Below, piece after piece: positions 49,631 through 62,590 of a stretch of DNA of 64,000 bases (positions within the stretch are counted from its first letter, which is position 1; every line of letters starts with the position of its first letter). The notes under the pieces were generated by a model. It ran no database searches. It was not told where the DNA came from and saw only the letters and a list, made by a program, of their open reading frames with translations. Origin of the DNA: Marsupella aquatica (lineage: Eukaryota > Plantae > Marchantiophyta). The DNA is taken from NCBI GenBank assembly GCA_973895155.1, contig OZ316894.1:7030234-7094233 (forward strand), in the 5' to 3' direction. Position numbers and translations under genes: made by a program.

Positions 49631-52600
49631 ATGGCATGCAGGTTAGCTCCAGCTTTGTCACCTGAGCTCGGCCATTTTTCTTCTTCCTCGCTCTCACCTT
49701 TCTCTCAGTTGAGGAGGTCGTCGACCGGGAATTCGTGCACCGGATTGGTTTTTTCGGTCGGTGGACCTCAGCCTCTCAAATTGAGGATCGCTATTCCGTC
49801 CCAAGCTGGTGGAAGCGCCACCCTTGCCCGTCGCCGCGTCATTATGGCTTCTTCGGCAACGGACTCTGTTTCTGATGCTTCCACGATGATTATTGATGTT
49901 TCTGCTGGTGAGATTGAGCTCTTCCTTTGATTTTTAGGCTATTTTCGTTCTCTCGCTTGTTTTCCTCGACATGTTTTTGTTAAAGCAGCCACCGGACTCT
50001 AGCTCGGGTAGGCAGACAGCAATTGAGAGGGAGACTGGTATTGTACAATCCTTTGTATTCCTGGAGGAAGATTACGGAATTAGTGAATTCATAATGAATA
50101 AAGGGAAAGCTCGATGCTGGTCTGTAGGTCCGAAGCAAGCTCTAATTTCACTCTCTGACAAGAGCGATCTGGATAGTCTTGCAAGCGGCCTCTCCGACCT
50201 CGGGTGAGTGATGCTCTCTCGTTCCTCACTGACCGTACTGTTAGCGGATCCTTCCAGTGAAAATGATTTCAGATGTCGAGTCTGATTTTCTTCCAAGTTT
50301 TTTGTGAGGAATGAAAAGTACGATGATCATGTTGGAATGGACTGAACGATGTGGCCATCAATTTCTTTGGCAGAAACCACAAATAATAATCTAGAGTAGC
50401 TTTGCTTGCTTCTTTAGAGTAAACGTATTCGACAACAGAAACTTGAAGCTGTGACACGAACATGTACTGCAGTCCAATTTTAGTCCAAATTTACATAACT
50501 GTTCGACTAAAATCCAACCAAAACTGTTCGAGATGCTTGTTGACCCGTCTGTCCCTAAGATGACAAATTTTCAAGTCAGAGGTATGATCAATATTACAAT
50601 AGGAGTTAATAGACACCAGGTATACACTCGTCGTTTCAATATACCACCAGCGAGAATGATTTGTAACATGTCCAGGACGGCTCCATGACCTGACAGCGGC
50701 TTTTGGCTCATCTTGCAGCTATACCCTGGTTTCCACGGGTGGGACTGCAACAGCTCTGGAAAAGGCCGGTTTTAAAGTTACAAGGGTGGAGCAGATTACA
50801 TCCTTTCCAGAAATGGTGACAAGTCTCTCCTTCACTCCATGTTCATTTGTTGTCAATGCATTTCGCACAGAAAAGATTCAACGTGTTGGCCAATTTGGAA
50901 ATTAGACATTCCGGACTATGAACCGTTGAAAGCTATGTATAAGACCAAAACAAGGGGTTCTAACAAGGATATGAAAGTGGTTCAGCTTGAAAGTTGTTTT
51001 TCTTCTCTTCTTGCAACGATCCCATCATTTGCTAGCAGTGAATAAACTGAATTCACTGCTGGCTGAAAGCTATTTTCTTGTAATTAATATCTGCTGTTTT
51101 CAGCTCGACGGTCGAGTCAAAACTCTCCATCCCTCAGTGCATGGAGGGATACTGGCAAGAAGAGACTTGTCCGAGCACATGGAAGCTTTGCAAGAGCATG
51201 GAATAGGTAGTCTTGCTAACCCAGAACAGCGAGGTTCCCATTCCATTTGGGGATGCTTCTGAAATATACTAGAGAGCCTTTCTTTGTTTGCGTTTGAAAC
51301 CACCTAGCTGCCGTTCGATGTTTGCTTAAAGGAGTGGAGGGCTGCTCAAGTGAGGCATTTCAGACAAGCTCACGGAACATTTTGGCCCTGATAATCGTAA
51401 ATGGTTTCTGTTATCTCTCCGAGTTCTAAATGTTCATACGTTTATCTGTGAGCAGGAACCATTGACGTCGTAGTAGTGAATCTATATCCTTTTTACAGCA
51501 CAGTCACTGCTCCTGGGGGAGCAGATTTTGAGACAGGTGTTGAGAATATTGATATTGGTGGACCAGCTATGATCCGGGCAGCCGCAAAGGTGGGGTGGGT
51601 ATCTCAAGCTCCGCTGGCAGTCTACTGTTCCATAAAGTAGAATCCAAGCTTAGATTCGATTGTGCCCCCAAATGAGCCCTATCAGTTTACAAAAAAAATA
51701 CTCACGGAGCCTTGGTTGTGATTTGTTCTTGCAGAATCACAAAGATGTTTTGGTGGTAGTAGATCCAGTTGATTACCCAGCTCTTTTGTTGAATTTGCAA
51801 GGCAAAGGACCAGAATCGAATGAGATATTTCGCAGGAGGTTGGCTTGGAAGGCATTCCAACATGTGGCTTCATATGACACTGTTGTTGCTGAATGGTTTT
51901 GGAAGCAGACAAATAGCTCTGGTAATACTTGTTGCAGAGCGAGATATATTAGAGAACATTGCTTAAGCAGATCAAGAGGGCCCTATGGGTAGTATCGTTT
52001 GTCCTGTGCAGTTTACCTATGTGCATCTGTCGTCTTAATATTGAAACATCCTGTGAAATGTTTTTTTTCATACTTACTCTGTCTACAATTTGGGATCCTA
52101 GAATACACTCTAAGGTCGACTTCATAATAGGTGGCAACCTAGTCCTTGCAAATGGCAAGATTTTGACGTCAGTGCTTCTGCAGGCACACAAAACTGGAAC
52201 CCTTCTCCTAGTATGAGCGTTCCTCTTTCTCTCAAATCTGTGCTCCGGTATGGGGAAAATCCTCATCAAAATGCTGCCTTCTATTCTGACGATTCTCTTG
52301 CGGAAGTTGGATCCGGAGGGATTGCCACTGCTATTCAGCATCATGGCAAGGTATGTTCAAGGGGGGAGCTTCCTCCCACTAAAGATTTGGACTGGGAAAC
52401 TTTGAAACGGTGATTTGTTGTGAGCTGTTTAGTTGTTCAGAATTGTCTTGAAAATAAATGGTTTTCTATTACTGAGAGCTGAATTCTCTAACATATTATA
52501 ATGTGCCCATTATGGCAGGAAATGTCCTATAACAACTATCTAGATGCAGATGCTGCCTGGAATTGCGTTTCGGAGTTCAGCTCCCCAACATGTGTAGTGG

Positions 52601-54080
52601 TCAAGCATACCAATCCTTGCGGAGTAGCTGCAAATGCAGATCTTTTGGAAGCTTACCGTCTTGCAGTCCGAGCTGATCCAGTTAGTGCATTTGGTGGCAT
52701 CGTGGCTTTCAACGTAGAAGTGGATGAGGTAAACTCCGACTTCCTCAAGTTGGATGTGACCTTGTCAGACCACGTTAACTTTTTTCAAAGGCCCGCCCTT
52801 ACCTATAGTGCCCCTGTATGTATGATTCATTGAACTAGACTCTCGAAGTGAAATATTTTGAGATAGAAAATCACTTGGTTGCAGGGGCCTTGATCTGCTG
52901 CTCTTCAATTATAAAGGATAAGGAGCAATCTCGCGCTTGTAGGATTACATATTTGTGGATTTAGTTGCATGAGGGAAACAAAGCTTTGACGTTTGTTTGG
53001 TGCATCTTTCAATTTCGCAGTTTTTCTCATTTACTCACCGATCATGATGGTTTTGGAAAGGGCAGGTTCTTGCTCGTGAGATACGTGAATTCAGGAGTCC
53101 AACAGATGGAGAGACAAGAATGTTCTATGAGATAGTTGTCGCTCCTAAGTATACTCCGAAGGGATTGGAGGTACTCAAAGGAAAGTCTAAGACACTCCGG
53201 ATACTGGAAGCTCAACCAAGCACAAAAGGAAGGCGCTCCCTGCGACAGATAGGAGGAGGGTGGCTATTGCAGGAGTCGGATGATTTAACTCCCGATGATC
53301 TTGGGTTTCGCTTAGTGACTGAGAAAATCCCAACAAATGAGCAAGTTGAGGATGCCAAGTTTGCTTGGCTCTGTTGTAAACATGTCAAGAGCAATGCAAT
53401 CGTAGTTGCCAAGGTTGATTACCTGTCCTTTTCTCTCTAATAAGCATCGATTTTGAAATGAGCATTCATTGCCCAAGAAATTATGAAATTTCCTTGATTT
53501 ATCATAATCAGCAGTTACTAGTTCCTGATGTCCTCTTGTTGCAGGATAACAAAATGCTCGGCATGGGCAGTGGACAACCAAATCGGGTGAAGAGTCTCCA
53601 AATAGCTCTAGAAAAGGCAGGGGATGCTGCTCGAGGAGCAGCTATAGCAAGTGACGCTTTTTTCCCGTTTGGTAACCGTCTGCCTTATCTTTTGTCTTGT
53701 AATCAGAAGCTATTGTTTTCATTCAACCTTGGATTCATGTAACTGACTACAAGGTTTGCGTTGTTTATCTGTTTCTTACAATCAGTTCATTGGAAAGTCA
53801 TGAGCCACTTTAACTCGGTTTCGCCCCGGTCCTTGCTCGTATGTACTCTACTCGTAAAAAGGTTCATACTCAAGGTTAACCTGTAATAGTTAAATCACCT
53901 AACTATTTCCTGGTTTCTTTTCCGGCAGCCTGGAATGATGCTGTGGAAGAAGCTTGCAAAGCAGGAGTGAAGGTGATAGCACAACCTGGTGGTAGCATGA
54001 GGGACCAGGATGCAATTGATTGCTGCAACAAATATGGTGTGGCAATGCTTTTCACAGAAGTGCGCCACTTCCGACACTAG
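49631..54080 (+). CDS. purH: Bifunctional AICAR transformylase/IMP cyclohydrolase, plastid-targeted, 11 exons
   Basis: Ser/Arg-rich transit-peptide-like exon 1. Motifs [24 protein letters not shown]|[44 protein letters not shown]|[13 protein letters not shown]|[77 protein letters not shown]. Confidence 0.97.
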
Positions 54081-55553
54081 TACCTCCAGCGGATTAGGAG
54101 GAAGTCTCGTCGTACGTGATGAACATGTTTGCATATCATCCCCAATTTTGACCTTGTTCCAGGAGAAAGATAGGAATTTGACGACCATCATACTTCACCC
54201 ACAATTCTGATACTTGTATTGTCAGATTCTGCGAATTGCAGACCTTGGTTTCCGATTGTTCAGCTGTTTTGCAAGAGAAACGTAGAGTGCCTACGAGGGG
54301 GAAGTGTTTTCGTTCAGGCAGCTATTAGTTGGGTTATCCAATCTACATATGCTAGAAGGTTTGAGTCTGACATTCATCACCTGTGAAAGAGTTGCGATCA
54401 TAAAGTAAAGGCAACTTGGAATTCAGTCGTGAACTATTCTGAAACCGATCCTGAAAGTGTTGCTTTCTAATATCTGTGCCTCTTCGACCACTGGGAAAGT
54501 TTGGGCTATCATTGCTTACGAGTCGGAGACGCATACATGGACTGTCGACAAGATAGAACGTGCAACTTCTAATTTTTCAAGCAGTGGTATCGTAGTCCTT
54601 AACTTCCCTGTCATTGCTCATATCAGAGCCCAAACATTCGTACTTTTTCAGGAGCATCACTGCCTATGCTTCATGACTCTTCGCCCGTCAAAGGGTCTGG
54701 GAAAGGGATTTCGGACCCCGGAGTCGCTAAGAAGCTTGAACACCCTCCGGAGGTAACTGAAACTAACAAGAAAAGTCCTAGTGATGTTCCTGATGTCCAG
54801 TGGGCATGGTCTAAAAGACACTTCAGCCCTCCAGTTGGGAAATTAGTTGTGAGTCTTGGTTTCTTCTCAAGTTTACTCCCAAAAGTTTGACAAAGTCGGT
54901 TTGTAAGTAATGTGTCTGGCAATCTGTCCTAGAGACTCTCGGGGGGAAACAATGATGATGTCCTTGGGGAAGTCCAGACCAGAAGGCACTCACAAACGCC
55001 ATTAAAATGTGTATCTGGAAACCACATAACTATGGATCAATTCTTCTTGATTTTAGCTATGGATCTTGTCTTTCAAGAGAAGTATCAGTAGAGATAAGAA
55101 GTTTCCCGAAAGGTTTGACAAAATCTGACCAAGTGATACCTAGTTCAACGGAAACCCAGGCAGCACTGCTGGTCTAGCTTTCACAGGTCAATTTTCAGTA
55201 GAACATGTAAAACAATAGTATCGGGGAGAATTCAGATGTCTAGTGAATTCGTGGGGGCATCATGAAAAACATGCCAGTCCCTCCAGGCATTGCTGTCTCA
55301 TCCTAAGGTACAAACAAAGTTACTTGGTGTGTAATTTCATTGAAGTCTATGAACCATAACCCCTATATCAACCTGGCTCCAAGGTTTTCTGATTTAGTTT
55401 CTTTGTTACTAGCATGGATCAATGTCATGACTACTCCCCAAACATAATTTTATGAAAACTTACAATTAGGGGGGTTTACTTTATGGGCTGTTTGGGGGTT
55501 ATGCATTATAACCCAAGTACTTGCACGGATGAAGGTTGCGAACAAATCCTCCT

Positions 55554-55830
55554 CATAACTTTTTGAAGACTCACAAGGAGGGTTTACAGTCAGTAACCCA
55601 TGCGCTGTTTTGGGGTATGGGCTGTACCCCATTACTAGCAGTCTTGACTACTCCTGAACATAACTCTATGAAGACTCACAAGGAGGGTTTACAGTCAGTG
55701 ACCCTGTGCTGTGTGAGGTTATGGGCTGCACCCCATTACTAGCAGTCTTGTCTAATCCTGAACATAAGTCTGTGAAGACTCACAAGGAGGGTTTAAGCTT
55801 GGTAACCCAACATTGTTCAGGGTTATGGGT
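55554..55830. repeat. ~105-bp tandem repeat, about 2.6 copies, with a more degraded copy from ~55440
   Basis: cataa.t...tgaagactcacaaggagggttta... starts at ~55554, ~55659 and ~55763. Confidence 0.9.
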
Positions 55831-56536
55831 TACAGCCCTCTCAGGCTCACCACTCTTGAGGATTACACCCCACCAGCCTGAGTGCTCATTCTTAGAACAT
55901 AAATGGAGGTGAGGTCACTCAAGCCCGTGTTGGGACTTAACTCTAGTGTCTGTTTAGGTTAATTTGATTACCAGTTAACCTAGTCAAGGATTATTGAGAT
56001 TAGACTAGTGGAGACCGCCAGCCTATACCACTAGTGATCAATCTTTTGGAGTTGAAGGTTTGACAGAGAAGAAATAGTGCCATAGAGCAGGTTGTGTTTT
56101 GGCAAACTATGGTAAATGTACATTGTTAGTGCATAGTATATTTGTTCAATGGTCCATGGATGTAGCCCAGATGGGACAAACCATATATCTCTCTGTTGGT
56201 ATCAATCATATGTTCTACATTTGTTTAGTGTGAGTCGACGAGTCGTGTTGTCCAATTTTGTCTCCACACCAGATATGCCATTTTCAGAGCCTCACTTTAC
56301 CCCCAATCCAATATCTAAATGCACCACTTCAGTTTTGCCCCAAGACTCAGGGTCTAGAGGCTTCACTAGACTCTAAGCCCTCAATTGTAAGTTTCAATTT
56401 ACAGTAGGTGTCTCAAACCAGCTCATTTCCTGAGGTTTCCTATGACTGCAATGTTGCAGGCCTGGTAATGGACCAAAAATATGCAGTTCCCACAAAAGGT
56501 GATTGTCAGTAACTCGGGCAGTCACACACTCCGTCC

Positions 56537-56859
56537 TGTAGAGGTTAACTCAGTCTTGGGTTGAACTGTGGTTAGTATGTTAACTAGGGTTAGAGTAAAC
56601 CCTAGTTGAAGAGTTGGTCCTTATCTCTTCAACTTCTATGTGGTGTGAGAACACACAAGAGAGTTCTCAAGAGAGAACACAGTGATATAGCAAGAGATGA
56701 GAGCTTGAAGAGATGAGAGCTATGGTGATGCTTGAGTAGACACATAACCGTTAATAAAGCTTGGTCTTCCCATGGACATAGCCCACCTTGAGGCGAACCA
56801 CGTAACTATTGAGCACGTGTATGTTTGGAGTGTTTTTCCTGATCTGATTTCTCTCCACA
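56537..56859 (+). repeat. 5' LTR (323 bp)
   Basis: TGTAGAGG...CTCCACA; matches the 3' LTR. Confidence 0.97.
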
Positions 56860-56861
56860 AT

Positions 56862-56873
56862 TGGTATCAGAGC
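56862..56873 (+). other. Primer-binding site complementary to the 3' end of initiator tRNA-Met
   Basis: TGGTATCAGAGC, 2 nt after the 5' LTR. Confidence 0.95.
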
Positions 56874-58029
56874 TCAGATTTTTTCAGTCGATTAGGAACT
56901 CCATAGAACTTGCTTCAAGCAAAGCGAACAGCGGATGATTTCCTCTTCGAAGCGGAGCTATTGAAAGAAGATCAGACTCAATCTTCTCACAAGTGTGGAG
57001 CACACAACCAGGGGCTCATTTCAGTGAAGCAATGAAGGCTTGAGGTCAGAAACGGAAACAATTGTAAGTGACGATTTTCAATTTACGTTATCGGGCAAGA
57101 GATAAATTCAATTTCTCAGATCAGTCTTTTTTATTGTTCTATCGGGACTTGAAACTGAGATACGCTTGAGCGCCTTGTCTTTCTAGACGTTTCGATATCA
57201 ACATCGTTGAATTCCGTCAAACGGTTGAGAAGCAATCTTAATTTCAATTCTCGTTTTTTGAGCTCGAAATTTTGGCTATGGCGGATAACTTAATATCAGT
57301 CACTTTCACCGAATTGTTTCTCCCTCATTACTCCACCGTTTTGCGAGTTATTTATATCAATCTTGATGCCCTCGAAATCTAGTTTCTGAATCTGAAATCA
57401 GAATTGGATTTCATCAAAAACTGAGACGGGAATTTGAGTGAATCCGCCGAGGGGTACTTTCTGCCGCGAGTAGTCGCGACTTCCGCGGACGCGCGAGGAG
57501 GTCGAAAACTTCGAGGAGGCCTTTTAGCGTTCGACAGGGCTCGGGCAGGGGGAAGTGCCCCCTGTGAAGTCCCCCACAGGGACTGTACAAGGGCGGACGG
57601 AATTTCCCGAAAAGATTCTTTTCCAGAGGCTTAAATTTTTACCGAAGGTCAAAGATTCCGAGCGGCAAATAAAATCGGATCAAATTCAACTTTTGGAGAG
57701 ACGTACTTGGGGAAGCTAGGCAAGTATTGGTGCGTTCGATTCTGAAAAAGTACACTAGTGGAATCTTTGGCATAAGAGATTCCCTCGAGGGGTAATTATT
57801 TCATCTTTTATCCCCCTCCGGTCGGAGTAAAAATTCTTGGCACTCGAGAGTCCATTTGACAAACCATTTTCAGAATTTGGAGCGTTACCTTGTGGGCTAC
57901 ATGTAGGAGTGATCAGTTTCAAAATTCACGAACTTTCATTTTTGGCCTTATTTTCACACCCCACATCTGAGCATTCGACGTTTATTTCTTGTCGAAAGGC
58001 GACTCCACACTACATTTGGCATTCCAGCG

Positions 58030-61000
58030 ATGGCGACTACTAGGATTGGAGGTCAAAGGTTTGAGGTGGAAAAATTTGATGGTCGGATGGACTATACAAT
58101 GTGGGAACGTAACGTGAGGGATGCACTTAGGGCGATGGGTCTAGGCAAGGTACTAAGATCTCAACCCAAGGAGATGGAAGATGATGATTGGCATGATCTC
58201 CAGGATCAAGCGGTAAGTATTGTTGGCATGTACCTGAAAAACAATGTGAAGAAGAAATTCGAGGAAAAAACAACACAAACGGTGACGGACTTGTTTCAAG
58301 CATTGCGCAACAAGTACTACAAGAAGGAGATGTCAAACCGAATGTATGCAAGTCTGAAGCTCATGCAATTCAAAATGGCTGATGGAGTCAAGATTCAAGA
58401 TCATATCGATCAGTTCAATGATCTTGTGGTTGACCTAGAGAATTTGGGGGAGCATTTGAGCGAAGAAAAGAAAGCCTTACAACTCTTGGGCTCACTACCA
58501 CCTTCGTACCAATCTTTGTCTCGAGTTCTTCTATTCCGTGATAAGACAACTATATCCTACAATGATGTGGTGAGTGCCCTGTTGACCGATGACATGCAGT
58601 CTAAGCTGGTTTCTTCAGCTCATCCTACCTCAACCTCATCATCAACAGCACTGTTGGTAGAAAGAGGCAAATCAAGGGAGCCATCTCATGAAAACAAAAG
58701 GTTCAACCCACTTCCCATGGAGCGAGGAAGGTTCCACGACCGATCTTTTGGTAGGAGGAGGTTTAGATCCAGATCTAGATCTCGATCCAAATCACCATCC
58801 AAGTCTACTCGTGAGATAAAGTGTTGGAAGTGTGACAAAGTGGGCCACATGAAGAAGGATTGTCGGGTCAAAGACACATTCAAGTAAGTTGTCGGTTCTT
58901 CAGCCCAAGTAGTTGTTCGAGAAGAGGATAGTGAAGGATTTGCATTATGTACCACTTCCCAAGTTGAGGATTGTCAATGGATCTTGGATTCCGCTTGCTC
59001 GTATCACATGTGCTATATGCGTGAACTTTTCTCATCCTACACTCCTATCAACGGATCTGTTTTGATGGGAAATAATCATTCTTGCAAATTTTAGGGATTG
59101 GATCCGTAAAGATTCAACTACCCGGTGGCAAGTACTGTACTCTATCAAATGTCAGACACATTCCAGAAATGTGTAAGAATTTGATTTCTCTTGGCTACTT
59201 GGATACGAAGGGTTATCAATGGAGTGCAACTGATGGGGTGTTAACAGTCACGCATGGATCAACTGAAGTTCTTATTGGCAAGAGGAAAAGAAACATCTAT
59301 GTCTTGGAAGGCACCACACTTCTTGCCGAAGTCAATTTGGTCACATCTCAGGAGGAGAAAATCAATTTATGGCATGCTCGGCTTGGTCACATGAGTGAAA
59401 AAAGTTTGGAAATCTTACACAAGCGACATCTCCTACCAGGATTGCAAGCATGCAAGTTGAGTTTTTGTGATCATTGCATTGTCGGCAAGAAAACAAGAAC
59501 TCCATTTCCGACTGTCATTCATCATTCTAAAGTTGTACTTGAGTATATTCATTCCGGTGTGTGGGGTCCTGCTCCGGTTTCCTCACATTCAGGCAAACAA
59601 TACTATGTATCGTTTATCGATGATTACTCAAGGTTTGTTTGAATTTATTTCATTGCCCATAAGTTTGAAGTGTTTTCCATCTTCAAACAATGGGTAGCTC
59701 AAGTTGAGACACAGACTGCAAAGAATGTGAGATATCTACGATCAGATAATGGTGGTGAATACACCTTTGGCGAGTTCAACACGTATTATGCAAATAAGGG
59801 AATTACTCACCATCTCACAACTGTGTACACTCCTGAGCAAAATGGTGTTGCTGAGTGACTCAACCGCACATTGTTGGAGCGAGCAAGAAGCATGTTGAGC
59901 CACTCTAAATTGCCATAAATCTTTTGGGCAGAAGCTGTCAACATAGCTGCTTATCTAGTAAATCTCTCTCCTAGTCGGGCAATTACTTACAAAACCCCCT
60001 TTGAGCTATGGCACAATCGACCTGCTGATTATTCAAAGCTTAAGGTTTTTGGTTGTGAAGCATATGCACATGTTCCTAGCAACAATAGGACTAAGCTAGA
60101 TCCTAGAGCCCATAAATGCATTTTTCTTGGTTATCAGCGTGACGTTAAAGGATATCGATTGTGGGATCCAGTTGATTGCAAGGTACTTGTTAGTCGGGAT
60201 GTATCCTTCAATGAAGACAAATCATTGAAGGAGGGGGAGATAGGTCAATTCCCTACTACTAACAACGAGCAATCTCCTCCTGTAGAGGATTTAAGGGGAG
60301 AGGATGTGTCAAATGAAGAATATGTTGACACTACTATAAGGCAAAGCGCACTACAATCAGATCAGCCAGAGTCTTCAGTGCGAAGAGGAACTCGCAAACG
60401 TCAAGCCCGGGAAAGGTATGGTACTTGGCTTCCTTCTGATCAAGTGGATTTGGATGAAGAATCTATTGATGCATTGGTGACAGAAGATGGAGATCCATCC
60501 TCATTTCGAGAGGTCCTAGCTTCTATGGAGAAGCAACAGTGGCAGGCGGCGATGCGCATGGAAATGAAATCACTTCATGATAACAAGACTTGGGAACTCA
60601 CGAGTCTACCTAGTGACAAGCAGGCTGTTGACAGCAAGTGGGTGTATAGGAAGAAAGATGGACCCACGGAGGATGCTGAGAAGATATTTAAGGCTCGGTT
60701 GGTAGCCAAGGGTTTTACTCAACAAAAAGGTATAGACTACAATGAGGTTTTTTCACCTGTAGCAAAGTATTCAACAATACGTTTGCTATGTGCTCTTGTA
60801 GTTTTATTTGATCTGGTTTTAGATCAAATGGATGTTGTCACGGCATTCTTATATGGATCGTTGGATGAGGTGATTTACATGAGGCAACCAGAGGGTTTTG
60901 TGCAAAAGGGCAAGGAAAATTTGGTATGCAGGTTGCTAAAATCCTTGTATGGATTAAAGCAGAGCCCAAGGCAGTGGAACAAGCGTTTTGATGAATTTTT

Positions 61001-62059
61001 GAAATCGCTTGGATTTGTGCGAAGCGTGTACGATCCATGTGTTTACATAATGTGAACAACACAGGTTTTAAGCTTGTCATCCTTGTACTTTATGTGGATG
61101 ACATGCTCATTGCAGCACAGGATAGGGGCGAAGTTGATAAGCTTAAGGCCCAACTCAATTCTGAGTTTAAGATGAAGGATTTGGGCACAGCCAAAAGGAT
61201 CCTAGGCATGGAGATTGTCAGGGATGTTAACAAAGCCAAACTTTGGCTGACGCAAAAAAGATATGCAGAGAAGGTACTCTCAAAATTCAACATGGCAAAT
61301 GCTAAGGCTGTGAGTGTTCCTTTGGCAAGGAATTTCAATATTTCTGTAACATTTTGTCCATCGGATGCGACAGAAAAAAGTTTGATGTCCAAAGTTCCTT
61401 ATGAAAGTGCTGTAGGTAGTTTAATGTATCTCATGGTATGCACCCGACTAGACATAGCTTATGCCGTTAGCAAGGTAAGCAGATACATGGCAAATCCAAG
61501 AAAAGTTCATTGGGAAGCAGTGAAATGGATTTTGCGCTACATCAGAGGTTCCACTAAGAAGGGTTTATTGTTTGATGCAAGTTCAAACAATATGAAAGTG
61601 CTTCAAGGTTATGTGGATGCAGACTACGCAGGTGATCTGGATAAAAGGAGATCGACAACTGGATATGTATTTACACTTGCTGGTGGATGCATTAGTTGGA
61701 AGTCTACTCTCCAAAAGTGTGTTGCAAAGTCTACTATGGATGCCGAGTATGTAGCAGCAACAGAAGCAGCATCAGAGACCATTTGGTTGAAAAAGCTTGT
61801 CACGGAAATGGGTTTATCACAGGAGTGTGTATATCTTCATTGTGACAGTCAAAGTGCAATTTACACTGCCAAGAATCAGGTGATGGATGGCAGGGTAAAG
61901 CACATTGATGTCCGCTATCATTTCATCCGACAGGCATTATCGGATGATGAATTTGAGCTTGTCAAGATTGATGGAAAGCTTAATCCAGCGGATGCTTTTA
62001 CCAAAGTATTAGACTCCAATAGTTTTTCAAGGCATTGTAATTATTTACAAATATTGTAA
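58030..62059 (+). pseudogene. copia gag-pol polyprotein with nonsense and frameshift lesions
   Basis: Gag with a CX2CX4HX4C knuckle (CWKCDKVGHMKKDC); protease WILDSACSYHMC; GAG-pre-integrase WHARLGH..CDHC; integrase LRSDNGGEY, PEQNGVAE; RT KARLVAKGF, QMDVVTAFL, LYGLKQSPRQW, LYVDDML; RNaseH YVDADYAGD, CDSQSAI, KHIDVRYHF. Stops at 58885, 59640 and 59856; frameshifts near 59080 and 61050. Confidence 0.95.
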
Positions 62060-62242
62060 ATATAGAGTTAACCAAGAAAATGTCTCTATATGAGTACTCC
62101 ATCCGATGGCTTATCGGCTACGGCTTAGTTCTAGTTAACTCTTACATTAGGGGGAGGGTCTTTTGGCCCTACTGTCTTGAACTTCCCGCGGAGGGACTTG
62201 TAAGGAAAAGACAATGTTATGAACCCTCCCAAGACATGAGTC

Positions 62243-62251
62243 AAGGGGGAG
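62243..62251 (+). other. Polypurine tract
   Basis: AAGGGGGAG, 2 nt before the 3' LTR. Confidence 0.9.
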
Positions 62252-62253
62252 TT

Positions 62254-62590
62254 TGTAGAGGTTAACTCAGTCTTGGGTTGAACTGTGGTTAGTATGTTAA
62301 CTAGGGAGAGTAAACCCTAGTTGAAGAGTTGGTCCTTATCTCTTCAACTTCTATGTGGTGTGAAAACACACAAGAGAGTTCTCAAGAGAGAACATAGTGA
62401 TATAGCAAGAGATGAGAGCTTGAAGAGATGAGAGCTTGAAGAGATGAGAGCTATGGTGATGCTTGAGTAGACACATAACCGTTAATAAAGCTTGGTCTTC
62501 CCATGGACGTAGCCAACCTTGAGGCGAACCACGTAACTGTTGAGCAAGTGTATGTTTGGAGTGTTTTTCCTGATCTGATTTCTCCCCACA
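62254..62590 (+). repeat. 3' LTR (337 bp)
   Basis: By eye it differs from the 5' LTR by 7 substitutions, a 2-bp indel and a 16-bp duplication (gagcttgaagagatga). Confidence 0.97.

Larger units (their letters stand above)
56537..62590 (+). mobile_element. Full-length Ty1/copia LTR retrotransposon, coding-disabled
   Basis: TG...CA LTRs at 56537-56859 and 62254-62590; 5-bp TSD CGTCC at 56532-56536 and 62591-62595; PBS TGGTATCAGAGC; PPT AAGGGGGAG; domain order gag-PR-IN-RT-RNaseH. Confidence 0.98.

Noticed and set aside
36333-54080. DDL and purH as a bacterial contaminant or recent horizontal transfer
   Set aside because: Both are split by many spliceosomal GT-AG introns. PurH has a transit-peptide-like N-terminus, and the two-domain DDL is the plant type.
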